DNA of 64,000 bases from Camelus ferus (Eukaryota): positions 47,804,001 to 47,868,000 of the forward strand of contig NC_045697.1 of assembly GCF_009834535.1 (NCBI RefSeq), given 5' to 3'. The translations under genes and the position numbers were made by a program. Numbering within the stretch: position 1 is the stretch's first letter; every line of letters begins with the position of its first letter. Below, in pieces: positions 12,485 to 25,300 of the stretch. Below the pieces are notes generated by a model. The model ran no database searches, was not told where the DNA came from, and saw only the letters and a program-made list of their open reading frames with translations.

Positions 12485-13900
12485 CCAAGAACCAGTTCTT
12501 GGCCAAAACGCAGGCTTCGGCGCTCGGGGCTGGGTGCACCGAGAGCGGGGGGCGGCGGGCGGTCACCTCCGAGAAAATAAGGCGATGGACGGGCCGAGAG
12601 CGACACTCACATCAGCCTGGAGGCGCCGGGGCGGGCTGGGGACGCAATTCCCTCACTGCCGGGCGGAGAGCGCGCCCAGCTCTCCAGCAGAGCAGGACGC
12701 CAACGTGGGTTGAGCTTGGGAGAATAAAAGAGGAGGCAGGGCGCAGTTCCCCGCGGCAAAATCTCGCCGGAAAGTTGCCCGTCACCGGCTGATAGGATCT
12801 CCCAGCTTTTCCCTCAGGCCTGACCCGTCCGCTCCCGTGTCTCCAACCGTGGAGATCCTCGCGCAGGTTCCTCGGCAGCAGCTTTTTAAAGTTCGCTTGA
12901 CACTCTACGTCGGCGCCGCGTGGGCCGAGGGGGTCGCTAGGAGCCTTGAAAGACCCACCCACCCCTCCTTCTGGGCTGGGTCACCCGGCTCGGCGGACCT
13001 CAGCCACCCCGGGCGGCTCGCAGGAAACTTTGTGCCGCGCTGCGGGCAGCTCGCGGGACTGGCAGGCGCTGCGGCCGCACGGCGCCGCCTCGGGCTGAGC
13101 TCCCTGCAGCAGACGATGGGAAACCTCCCAAGGAAAGCCGGGGGCGGCGGCACGGGGGACGCAGCCGCTACTTTCCCGCCCCCACCGCTCGCCCAGGGTG
13201 AGCAGGGCTGCGGGGCGCGGCTCTCTGCACGCCGGCGGCCACCTCCGCACGGTACACCCTGAGCGAGTCTGCAGGGTCGAAGTGTGATTACGGGAGCGGA
13301 GCAGGAGCCATAATTTGAAATGCAGGAAGCAGAGAGCTAGAGAAGCTGTAAAGGACCCCCGAACTAGAGCCACTCGGACCAGAGAGCCCGGAAACGCACA
13401 AAATAAGGCTCCCTTTGAATCCCCGCGTTTAAAGGACACGCGCTCCGCCTCCCTTCGCCTCCCTCCCCTCTTCTTTGCTCGGTGTGAAAATGGACCCAGA
13501 GCCTCGGAGCTTTGGCAAAAGATTCCAGAAAGTCACGTGGAAAAGAGACGCGAGGAGGAGGGAGTTGAGGGGAGGCCGAGAGAGCAACCTGATCCCCTTA
13601 TTCGTTCTGCTGGAGTTCAGATTGCCTTTGTCTGGGGCGGGATCAAAAGTGGTCACACCAGGGAGGGGTTGGGGTGGGGGGGAAGATGGCGTTGCCCTTA
13701 CTCCTGCTCAGCTGAGGGACCCGCGAACCGGATCCACACCCCTCACTTGGTGGGAGCAGGGAGTGATGCCCATATTCAAGGGCCCTGGCGCTACTCCTAC
13801 CCCCACACCCAGCCACTCCGGCTGGACTAAAAGTGAGGCAGGTCTGATCCATTTCCCTCGCTTTGGGACCTTCCGGTCATCGCATCGTGGGTTTACCAGC
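12442..13900 (-). promoter_or_regulatory. FRAS1: FRAS1 CpG-island promoter and GC-rich 5'UTR (TSS not resolvable from sequence)
   Basis: Continuous high CpG density directly upstream of the ATG; GC boxes (ggggcggg near 13634); no clear TATA box. Confidence 0.85.
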
Positions 13901-15659
13901 AGCCTGGGAGCGCCTTGGTGTGTGTGTCCAACTCGGGACTTCCCACTGCCAATGCACCTTTACCTCTCCCTGAGGGAGGCTGTCAGTGGAACACTACAAG
14001 GTCTCGGAGTGGTGGCTCAAGCTGCGCCCCCAAATGCCAAACACTGGGAAGTAAATGTCAGGGCAAGGCCTACTGGGGCACACACTTGAAGAGTGGAGGC
14101 CTTGATTCCAGGTCAGGACTGAGTGAAGACTGCTATTTCTTATAGGGCCAAATAAAAATAGCTGGTCTAGGGTTAATGCTTTTATGAGAATAGTTGCATC
14201 AGAGAGGTGCTGGCTGGATTCTGACTGGCCCAGAGAAGAGACATCCTGGGTCTCTCAGTTGACCTGAGATGGGCAAGCCTGTTAGAGGGGAGTTTGTCCA
14301 AGCATTGAACGCAGAGCTGTGAAACTGCTAGGGGACTCCACTTATTTTCAGTCTTCACCACCATCTTAAATCTGGCAGACGTTCTACTTCACACTGATGC
14401 TACACTGAACGATTCACTTTTTAGAATAACTCAGTAAGTTGTAACTGGCAGATCCCTGTAACTATTACAATTAGCCAAAGCAGAAGGGAACATCTACAGC
14501 CTAGCCCTGATGTTTGAGTATTTACAGGACCCAGGGGGTGTGCAACTCACCCTTAGTCTCTTCTGGGCTGTGGCGGTCTCAGGAACCTTTGCATCTGAAG
14601 CACATAGTAGGTGCTCATTAGATGTTTGTTGAAAGAATGAACTGAGCAAAATAGTGAGTCCCTGAGAGCAGTGGCCACATAAAGTGGGGTTGAGTGTCCT
14701 AACCCTCATTCCCCCAAAAAATGATCCCCTTCCCTTTTTTTATTTTAGAAAGTTGACATTTTCTCAATTCCATGTAAAGTGCTGTGAAAGCTCAGCTTGA
14801 AACACACTCTGTCAACCACATCTCAACCCAACCTCCTCTTACAGAAAACTTGTAGCCACCACTGACTGGGAGTAAGTTAAACAATTTGTTCTCTCAAGAA
14901 CCAATCTGATTTTATTGAAAAAAATCATACAATCATGGCACTCAAATAAGTCTCAATAAGACATCTGTTATTCTTGTGTTAAATGCAAATATGCCACTTT
15001 TTTAAAAGGAAAGGAAAGGAAGGAAGGAAGGAGGGTGGGGAGAATGGCACTACTGAGTTACCCCAAATTCATCTTATGCTGTATTATTTATAACACCCCT
15101 ACTCCCCCATCAGCCCAGCACAGGGACACAGCATTGGCCCACTCACATCACCCTAATCAGCTAGAGAGTTGACAGGCCCAGAGTCCGTCCATGTACCAAG
15201 ATCCCTGGATGACCAAATGGTTGAAAAGGTAAACCAACAATTCAGTAATATGAGGCATATCTAGTGCCCTCTATGGCCACTTAAATTAAAATGTTGAGAA
15301 AAGAATTATATTAACATAACCAATTAAATAATGGTGGAAATTCAGTAAGCATTTTTATAGATATGCAACTAATCATAACTAGCTTATCTCTATATGTCAA
15401 CCCCTACTGACTAGTGCTTCTTTCCAACAACCGATGCTTCCATGATGGAAGCTAGCAGTTCACTAGTCAGAGAAAGTTGGGTCTATATCCTCAAGTCTTT
15501 TCATTCATATGTCTGATTTCAACTTATGTCTGGTTTCAACTTCTGTTAGCATGTCACACAACATCTCCTTGGATCAGTCCTGCTATCATCTAAGGGCATT
15601 TTTCTGGCCTTGTTGCTGCCCATTTTGGGGAACTGATTTATCAGTTCCTGGTGTAAATG

Positions 15660-15850
15660 ACAGTAACAACAACAATGATGATATAACTAACACATTTTAA
15701 GTACTTTGTGCCTAACACTGTACACTTTTCCATTTAATCCTTCAATGGCCTTGTGAGATAGGTACTCTCATTATTTCCTGTTACAGGAGAAGTAACTGAT
15801 GCTCAGAGACGTAAGTAATCTGTCCAAAGTCAGACAGCTAATACATAACA
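15660..15850 (-). mobile_element. MIR SINE remnant
   Basis: catttaatccttcaa...gtgagataggtact...aactgatgctcagagacgtaagtaatctgtccaaagtcagacagcta. Confidence 0.65.
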
Positions 15851-16689
15851 AAGATACTAGAGGAAGCAACTCTAGCTGCAATGACAGGCAAACCCCCAAA
15901 TCACAGTGTCTGAAAACAACATGTTTACTTCTCAGCCACATCCTGGCCCCTAGACACTGATGGCCCCTGCACATTGGCTCCTGGGCATTGATAAGCCCTT
16001 CTTGCCAAGCCGTCATGGAACACAAGGCATGCACTGCTTCTGCATCAGGGCCAGAGAGCGATAAAGGAGCCACTGTAGTCCCAAGGGCCTCAGCCCTTCC
16101 TCTCAGAGTCCAGTGGCAAGACTTACATGGTCCCAACCTAACTGCAAGGGGAGCTGGAGCCCACCGAGGAACACGTGCATATTCAGCAAGCACTAACTAT
16201 GTGGCTTCACTCCAGAGCCCCTGCCCTTGATTATCTTAACTACCCTTAGCTACACTATCTTGCCTCCCAGCAAGGCCCCAGGTTGAACCTTTCCTATGAA
16301 CACTCAGGCTTTGCTGACCTTCGTTGCAACTGCTCTACTATTTCTCCAACCTGTCTTCACTCTGCTTTCCTGCTCTTCCACCTTGCTTTCCTTTCTGTTT
16401 CTCCCGCTTGTCCCCCATCCTTGGCTGCTCTCTGTCTTCCTTCTGCACACTGGATGTGTTGCACCTTCTATCATCTCTATATGAGCCTTCTCTGATCTCC
16501 TTTCACCTGCCCTGGGAGTGTTTCTGCAGTGTTGATACACTGGTTCTAGTTTGTGAGTTTGGGCATGTGACAATATTTGTTCCTTTTATTTTTCTGCTTC
16601 AAATGGTTAGAGCAAAAAGAATATTCAAATATCCAGAACTATAAACTGATGGGCTCTGCTATAATCTAACCCCTCCACACAGATAACCA

Positions 16690-17480
16690 CAGCAAATACA
16701 TTCAGACATTTTTCTCTACTTAACTAAACATAATTCTATTTACAAAAATAGAGTCAGAATATTTTGCAACCTGCCTTTTTTTCTCCCACTGAACAAGATA
16801 ACTAGGCCACAAATTTCCAAAACAAGTCTTATTGATCCACCTCATTCCTTTTAAGAGCTGCTTGGGTCTATACTACATGGATACCAATACTCTTTTGAAG
16901 AACATTAACATTGTTTCCAATTTTTTGCTCTTATAAATCATACAGCACTAATCATTCTTATAAAATTTCTTTGTGCAGTTACCCAATTATTTCCCTGAGA
17001 TAAACTCTCATAGGTTTAATTGCTGGTTCAAAGGCATGCAGAGTTTTCATTTTCATACTATCATTAAATCTTTGCAAATCTCAAAAGGTAAAATAGCCTT
17101 TTGCTTAAAACCACTTATTAACAGTGTCACCTTAGGCATATTAAACTCCCTGAACCTCAGATTCCCTGTCTGTAAAATGTACATTAAAATAGTGACCACC
17201 TCACAGGACTTTTGTTTACATCAAATAAGATGCAAGTGTTTGGCACCATATCTGATGCAAGCTAGCCACTTTACAGATGTTAGACAAGTGAAACACATGT
17301 ATTTTTTAAATCTGCATTTCTTTGCTCATTAGTAAGGGAAAACACTTCTTCTTATATTTATTATATTTCTTTGTGTGTCTGAATAGCCTCTTTGTATTTT
17401 TCTGTTACTGGAGTTTTTGAATATCTGTGAAATTGTAAGGGTGCTTCATATATTCAGGATATTAATCCTTTTCTGTGAAA
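16690..17480 (-). mobile_element. Old L1 (L1ME-like) 3' fragment with an embedded MIR (~17100-17270)
   Basis: cattgtttccaattttttgctcttataaat, attgctggttcaaagggcatg-like motifs; MIR core ctgaacctcagattccctgtctgtaaaatg. Confidence 0.5.
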
Positions 17481-18995
17481 CTGGATATTGCTCTACAGAA
17501 AGAAAGTAGCTATTTACCATTTATTTTTATGGGAAATGATAATTTCCCCAGCAGTGTCAATGGAAGGACATGCAAGACAAAAACCAAGAAAAAGGGCTTT
17601 ATATAATTTTTTAAAAAACCCAAGTTTTAAATTTGTTTCCTTGTTTTATCTTCCCCACTCAGACGGCACCCAACCCTTCCACTCTGGTTTGGTCACTGCA
17701 GTTGTAGCAGTCTCCCACTGGTCAGTGCCCTGCCTCACAGGTTGTTAAATATTTTTTAATATCACCCGTGTCTATCGTAACAACACAGCAAAAAGCCAGG
17801 CTTCAGAGGTCACTGAAAATATCAAATGGTCACAGCAGCCAATAAAGAAAAAGGAGATAGATCATCTCTGCACATTAAATCAATTTCTTTCCACACAGAT
17901 CACACTGGCTTTTGTTTTTTAAATAAAAGTGCTACAGGTCTAGGCCTGATTCAGCCTACACTTTACTATGACATATTTACTGTCAGATTGTTTTAAAACT
18001 TTGTTATTCTGTGTATCACCGATTATCTTCTGGTTACACCTAGAACATCTGGAATAACCTACCTGTCTAAGAAATACTGGTTATAAGTACAATGTAGTCA
18101 TAGTAATGAGAAAACATTACTGACAATTTTATAGGACACTAATCCTACTAACAGTCACCATGCTGAGCTGTATTCTCCATTTGTATTTATTTCTACTGAA
18201 AGAACTGAGAGGAGGCCAGGTGTAAAAAGAAGAGGTGAGAGAGAAAGGAAACAGAATTTCCAAATACACCTTGCTATTGCTCCATATAAGGAGGTATTCT
18301 AAAGCACACTACCTCTGCCCCGCCCCAATTTAAACAAGGGAGTACTTGGAACAACCTATAATACAGAATGTGCTGAGTGAATTGTGATTCCTCCATAAAA
18401 TGGAATATTACACAGAGATTTCAAATGATAACTTAAATGTGTATTTATTGACATGGAAAGATGTTTTTAAAATATTGTTGCATGAAAAACATGGGTCATA
18501 AGTAAATAATACACTGGTCCAATGATTTTGCTTGTACACATGTATACTCATGCATTTATACACACATATTCATACACACATATCTCAAAGGATATACACC
18601 AAAATATTACCCCTGAGAATCCAAGTGAGTATTAATTTCTCTTTTTAGCTTCTCTGTATTTTCTCTTTCTTCTATACTGAACGCCTACTTAACTGTGCAA
18701 TGCAAATTTATATAGGAGAAATTTTCAAATAACAGAATCAGGTAATTCAAACTTGCTTAAACTATATGTGTGACATTTACTGTCTATCATAAATAGAAAC
18801 TAAGGCTTTCCTTAGAAGACTTTCAGATTGGGTTCAATTTAGTACTTTAATGATGTATAAAGTACCTGAATTCTTTTTCTCTTCTCTGCCTTTGAGATAG
18901 ACTTTGCTACCTACCAACATTTCCCAGGTAACATGGGACATCACATTTTCCCAGCCCACTCACACTTAGATGGGGCCATGTAACCAGGTCTAGAC

Positions 18996-20124
18996 CTGCA
19001 CTGCTCAATGCAGCAGTCACCACCCACAGGTGGCTACTGAGCCCTTAAAAGGTGACTAGTCCAAACTGAGATGTGTTGCAAATATAAAATATCTATTAGA
19101 TTTCAGAGACCTGGTACACACACCAAAAAAGAATATGCAATATCTCATTCATTTTTACATTAACTACATGTTAAAATAATACTATTTTAATATATTATGT
19201 TAAAATGTATTATTAAAACTAACTTAACCTGTTTCTTTTTACTTTTTTAAAATGTGGCTTCTCAAAAATTAGGCTTATGTAAGTCCACTAATCTATGAGA
19301 ATGGTTGAGAAAAAAACCTGATAATATCAAGCACAAGCAAGGAAGTAGAGGAACTGGAACTCTCATACATATTGCTGGTGTTAATGCAAAATGGTGCAGT
19401 CACTTGGGAACACAGTTTGGCAGTCCTTCATAAAGTTAAACATGAAGTTACCATATGACCTACCCATCCTACTCCTAAATATTTACCTAAGGGAAATGAA
19501 AAACCATGTTCACAGAAAAACCTGTACATAAAAGTTTTTATTAGCTTTATTAGTAACCAAAAATTAGAAACAACCCAAATGTCCCTCGACTGAGAAATGG
19601 ATAAACAAACTGTGCTACCTCTGTAAAACAGAATACTATTCAGCAACAAAAAGGAGCAAACTACTGATACCACAACATAAATGAATCTCAAATGCATTAT
19701 GCTAAGTGAAAGAATCCAAACTCAAAAAGCTGCATGCTGTGATTTCATTTATGTGACATCCTAGAAAAGCAAAACCACACAGTCAGAAAACAATGGTTGC
19801 CAAGAGCTGAGGGTAGAAGGAGGGGTTATTAACAAAGGGTGAAGAGTAATTCTCGGGAAGGATGAGACTGTTCTAAAACTTGCTTGTAATGGTATGTGCC
19901 TAACTGTATGGGTTTGTCAAAATGTATAGAACTATACACCAAAAAGGGTAAATTTACCATATATAAATTATATTCTAATTTAAAACAGAAAGTGGACAAT
20001 AAACAAAAAAATCTTAGCAAATAAACATTACCTCCAAATTTGGTAATAACAATAAGAATAACAGTAAAGTTAGTCAAAATAATTACACATGTGGCTCACA
20101 TTATGCTCCTATTGGACAGCACTG
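18996..20124. mobile_element. MER33 hAT-Charlie MITE (halves ~18996-19270 and ~20075-20124)
   Basis: gtggctactgagc...ctagtccaaactgagatgtg...acctgtttctttttactttt...; resumes attacacatgtggctcacattatg...attggacagcactg. Confidence 0.75.
19283..19985 (+). mobile_element. L1MB-like 3' fragment (ORF2 end and 3' UTR)
   Basis: aactggaactctcatacatattgctgg, ttaccatatgacc, gaaacaacccaaatgtcc, atgaatctcaaatgcattatgctaagtgaaagaa. Confidence 0.8.
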
Positions 20125-20428
20125 TTTTGCACAATGGGCTCATCACATTCAGGCCAAAGCAACTATAGCAATCTCCCGGCCCCACCTCAGTGAAGTTTGA
20201 AAACTATGATGGCAGCATCATTAGATGGTGGAGACTCTGTAAGCTCAAGTCCCCGAATGACTCTGCAACAAAGACCCTGCCAACACTCAGTGGACTAGCA
20301 GTGTGAGAAATAAACTTTATTTTGTTAAGCAACGTAGATTTGGGGGTTGCTTGTTCCTTCAGAGTAACCTAGCCTATCCTGATGAATGCTGCCTTCCACT
20401 GTGTCAACTTCACCTTCTTGAATCTTGC

Positions 20429-20495
20429 TTTTTTTTTTTTTTTTTTTTTGCAGTAATTAGGGTTTTGTTTTTTTTAATGGAGGTACTAGGGAATG
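20429..20495 (-). mobile_element. 5'-truncated camelid tRNA-derived SINE (Vic-1-like) tail with poly(A)
   Basis: Minus strand: cattccctagtacctccattaaaaaaaacaaaaccctaattactgc(A)21, matching the recalled camelid SINE 3' half (ccccagtacctccattaaaa...cctaattac); imperfect TSD atcttgctttt / atcctgctttt. Confidence 0.6.
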
Positions 20496-20581
20496 GGATC
20501 CTGCTTTTAGATACAAAATAACTGCCAGCAGTTCTCAAAGCTACATGCTTTTTTAAGTCCAATTTAAAGAGAAGTGATCCA

Positions 20582-21524
20582 CTAATTATCAGAGAAATGC
20601 AAATCAAAACTACAATGTGGTATCACCTCACACCAGTCAGAATGGCCGTCATTCAAAAGTCCACAGATGATAAATGCTGGAGAGGCTGTGGAGAAAAAGG
20701 AACCCTCCAACACTGTTGGCGGGAATGCAGTTTGGTGCAGCCATTGTGGAAAATAGTATGGAGATTCCTCAAAAGACTAGGAATAGACTTACCATATGAC
20801 CCAGCAATCTGACTCCTCTCATATATCCAGAAGGAACCCTAATTCAAAATGACACCTGCACCCCAAAGTTCATATAGTAGCACTATTTACAATAGCTGAG
20901 ACATGGAAACAGCCTAAATACCCATCGACAGATGACTGGATTAAGAAATTGTGGTATATTTATACAATGGAATACTATTCAGCCATAAAAAATGAAACCA
21001 TAATGCCATTTGCAGCAACAATGATGTCCCTGGAGAATGTCATTCTAAGTGAAGTAAGCCAGAAAGAGAAAGAAAAATACCATATGAGATCGCTCATATG
21101 TGGAATCTAAAAAGAAGAAGAAAGAAGAAGAAGAAGAAAGAAGGAGGAGGAGGAGAAGGAGAAGGAGGAGAAGAAGAAGAAGACAAATGAACTTAAATAT
21201 AAAACACAAACAGATTCACAGACATAGAATGCAAACTTGTGGTTGCCAGGGGGAGGTGAGTGGGAAGGGACAGACTGGGAGTTTGAGACTGGTAGATACT
21301 GACAGGTATATATATAATATATAAACAAGTTTATACTGTACAGCACAGGGAAATATATCTTGTAGTAGCTTATGGTGAAAAAGAATATGAAAACAAATAT
21401 ATGTATATTCATGTATGACTGAAAAATTGTGCTGTACACCAGAAATTGACACAGCATTGTAAACAGACTATAACTCAATAAAAAAAAAAACCTAAAAAAA
21501 ATTAAAATTAAAATTAAAAAAAAT
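20582..21524 (+). mobile_element. Young 5'-truncated L1 (ORF2 C-terminus, 3' UTR, poly(A)) with a perfect TSD
   Basis: ORF 20597-20812 [17 protein letters not shown]...[18 protein letters not shown] (L1 ORF2 Cys-rich domain); TSD aaagagaagtgatcca at 20566-20581 and 21525-21540; ttt|aaag endonuclease site. Confidence 0.95.
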
Positions 21525-21747
21525 AAAGAGAAGTGATCCAGAACCATCTAAAAAAAAGCTAGGCATCTATTTTCTTGTGAACCCCCAGCAGACATTTCCT
21601 TGTGTTTCACTGGTTCACGTTCACTCCCATGCTCATCCCTAAATCAACATGTTTAACAGAGTTTGGGATTTCATGAACTAGCGGAGATGTGAGTCATAAG
21701 ACATGCCCCATCCCTACAGTCAGGAGCTGAGTTAAATTCTCCCCAAA

Positions 21748-21863
21748 TTAGGGTGACTAATTTGTTGTACAAACCAAGATATTTTAAATAATGATAAAGA
21801 ATGAACTCATAATTATTCCAGAATAACAGACACAAACCAGGGCTCCCAAAGTACATGGCTTTC
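21748..21863. mobile_element. MER81-like hAT-Blackjack MITE
   Basis: Begins tagggtgactaatttgttgtacaaacc; internal aacagacacaaaccaggg. Confidence 0.5.
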
Positions 21864-21983
21864 TGGGGACAATGTGGATACTTGAATGAAAAGTTGGTAG
21901 TTAGTAAGAGAAAGTAGAATGGATATTGGGGAGATAACCACAATGGCCATTCTAAAAAAAAAATATTTTAATCACATACCACA

Positions 21984-22358
21984 TATCTTAGTCCATTTAG
22001 GCTGCTATAATGAAATGCCATGGACTGAGTGGCTTATAAACAACAGAAACTTATTGTCCACAGTTCTGGAGGCTGGGAAGTCCAAGATGAATGTGCAGGC
22101 AGATGCAGTGTCTGGTGAGGGCTTCCTGGTTCATGGACAGTTGACTTCTGGCTGTAACCTCACATGGCAGAAAGGGAAGGAAGCTCTCTGGAGCCTCTTT
22201 TACAAGGGCACTAATCCCATTCATGATGAGTCCACTCTCATGACCTAATCACCTCCCAAATGCCCCCCACTTCCAAATACCATCACGTTGGGCGTGGGTT
22301 TCAACATACAAATTGGGGCAGGAGTAGGGAGTGGGACACAAACATCTGGTCAATAGCA
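21984..22358 (-). mobile_element. MLT1A-like MaLR solo LTR
   Basis: tcttagtccatttaggctgctataa...cagttctggaggctgggaagtccaagat...ctcatgacctaatcacctcccaaa...caatagca. Confidence 0.85.
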
Positions 22359-25300
22359 CATACGAAGATAATAAAGAGTCCTGAGGTAGTAATTACCAAA
22401 TATCCTCTTTGAGGAAAAACTCAGCAGAGTGCCAAGCTTGCTCCTGAAGCCAACTTATTTTCAAGGTGTTCTTTCTGACATAACACAACTAGGAATCAAC
22501 TTTAGTGAATTCAAGCCTCCTGATGTGTCCTGGGCTCCCCCATTCCCCACCACCAAGGCCTTTTAATGACCTCAAAGCAGAAATGACAAAGAGCAACATA
22601 GTCCACATTCTCAGAAGTAAACTCATGGCTTTGAGATTATTTTCACTGCAATCCAAAGATACTGGACTCCACAAACCAAGGAGAGAGACTGTGCTATCTC
22701 ATGAAGCCCAGGAAGTAATACCTAGGATGCAATCTAAGCTCTAAGACTGAGTGATTGACTGACTTCAGATAAAGTCATTAATAGATCTCCTAAGTCCTCA
22801 TCTGTACAAGGGAGATAATAATACTTGGGATTTACTTATCAAACAGGTTTGGAGGCTCATATTAGGAAAATAGATATGAAAATCTTTTGAAACATTAAGA
22901 GCACCATACGAGTGATTATTATGATTACTAAGAATTTTCAGCTGGCTCAGGCATTTTTAAGTGTGAGGCAGTTTTAAGGCTGTGAATAATCATCTTGTAG
23001 TAATTGGATGTGTAAATGTACCCGGAGGTCTATTTCAGCAGGCTATTCAGATAAATCAAAACTGATGATGATGTTAATGATGATAATGATGATACTTCTC
23101 TAATAGTGAATGAGAAGCAAAGCAAAGGTAATGATCCCATACCTTGATCCATGGAAAACTAAGTAGCTTTTAGTGTCTTTATTTTTTAAAGATTTCCAAT
23201 GATGATATAATCAGAGCCACAACTTTTACTATCATTGTGAATCTGGTATGTTTGCTCATATTAATCCATTAACATTTAATTTTGCTCTTTTTATCTCTTA
23301 TCCTATAAGTATCTAGTAACATCTGAACTGCAATAAGTCTGGCTTCAGTGCCCCTGGAGTGATTCAATCTTAAAGTGATTGTGGGTTTTGAAAAGACAGG
23401 GAGAAACTGGCCTTGGGTTCTCATGGGAGTCCCCTGGCAGACAGGCAGTCCTGAACCTGCTGTCAGTTTTAGGAGGCTGTAGAGTTGAGAAATATTTCCC
23501 ATGTGGGCACAAGACAAAAAGGAAAGTGGGAAAGTGACAGTGAAGAACCATGACCCCGTGTCTCTTCATATCTTGTTTTGAACCAAAAAGTGTGCAGAAT
23601 TTGAGAGTGCCTCTGAGATGGGAGAAATGTTGGTATCTCCTTGAGTTGGCTCTCTATTAACCAACTTCAGCATCCTTCTTTAGCATCCTCCATTATGCCT
23701 CTCCTCACCAAAATATATCAGTATGAATCTGAACCTGTGATGCATCAAATGTAGTATTAGTATAGAAAATTTAACTTGCAATGAAGTGAGGCCAAATCTT
23801 TTAATAAAATGTAAAGATATGTCACTGCCTTAATTTACATATGATGTTGTAGTCAAAGAGACCTGTTGCAAGAAAGAGAGCCCACTCAAACAAGTTAAAG
23901 GGAAAGAACTGCTGTAAAAATGAAATTAATTTCATAGATATCCAAAGACAGAACCAAGTTTATGTGTATATGTACCTTTACGATCTAGCATGGCTAGAAT
24001 TGCATGATTTTTCTGTATTCTCCCCTCATAGAAAAAAACGGGAAAAAATGTTTTCTATTCTGATTTTCTAAAATGTATTTGAAAATAAAGAGAGCAGTTG
24101 TTTTCACCCATGACTCTATTTATAAATCCTCTTATAGTCTGAATATATTAAAAGACTGAAAGCTTTGAATTGAACTGGAAAGTTGTTCATATGATGCTAC
24201 TTTACATATGCCACCAAAAACAGTCTCAGTTGTCTTCATTTTCAATACAATTGTGGGGATTCCATAAATGGCTGCCTACATCAGTTAAAAATAAATAACA
24301 CTCTGATGGATAGTCACATTAATTAGTGTTATCCATGGCATAAAGCACTGCACCCAGAGTAATGCCTTTTTAACTTAGGCAGTTACAGAGTACCCCAGCT
24401 GCCTGCCTGCCCAGTGCCCATGTAATTGGAAGGAATCTTACCTACATTTATCCATAGAGCTCTTTAGTTTTGGGTCTCTGAGAAAAGAACGACAGCTTGA
24501 AACAGAAATTTAAAGATGAACAAACAAAATAACCTATCCCAGAGCAAAAAGTGTTATGTAAGAAATGCAAGGAAACTCTTGAAAAGATTAAGTTTATATC
24601 CTCAGGGTTATTTCAAAGGATAATATTTTTGTAAAACAAGCTTTGACATGTATGAAAAAAGAGCAGTCAAGAATACATGAGTTTTGGGAAAATACATAAT
24701 TTCCAAAATAAGAAAAACTTTAGGAAAGATTTCAACAATAAAACATATATAGCTGAAGACTTTAATCAGTAGCCTAAAAGATAAAACTGATGACATTTTC
24801 AAAATTTAAAGGACTAAAATATGATATAGCTCCAGGAAACCAAATATCTGTTCAAAACAAGTTCTCAGTGGAGGAAATAAGGAAAACATAAGGAAAGAAG
24901 CAGTCAAAGAACAGTAGCTACTCTTGCTGGGAAAGTGAGAGCCTAAGCACAGAGTGTCTCTCCCAACTGATTAGTGATACAATTAATGGGGAAAGGGCCT
25001 TGGGACTGGGGAAGCGAATGAAGAAAATGTGGCCTACTGTGGATTCAATGTCCTAGAAAGGCAGTTTTTTAGCCTGGTTAGGGCAGCTCCTGCACAGCAT
25101 CATTTACAAAGCTGAAAGGATCAGAGATCAGGCATTCAAGGAGAAGGCCTATCACTCTGGTGGAAATTGAAGTAGTTTATTGATTTTGCATTTACTAAAA
25201 TAAGACCTGATTGTTTTTGCCTAATGGATAACTCCAACATAAGGAAATCATCTAGTTCTACTGTTGCAGGCCACTCATAGGAGGAATTGTCTGAACCATT

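Larger units (their letters stand above)
18900..20388 (+). mobile_element. MLT1(J-like) MaLR LTR split by MER33 and L1MB insertions
   Basis: 5' part ttcccagccc...ttagatggggccatgtaacc; 3' part gtgagaaataaactttattttgttaagc...gatttgggggttgcttgtt...aacctagcctatcctga. Confidence 0.55.

Noticed and set aside
12441..14089. Cluster of long overlapping ORFs (up to 204 aa) on both strands
   Set aside because: Expected stop-codon scarcity in a CpG island; Ala/Gly/Arg/Pro-rich with no recognisable domains.
21100..21324. Protamine-like poly-Lys/Glu/Arg ORF
   Set aside because: Translation of the GAA/GGA microsatellite inside an L1 3'UTR.
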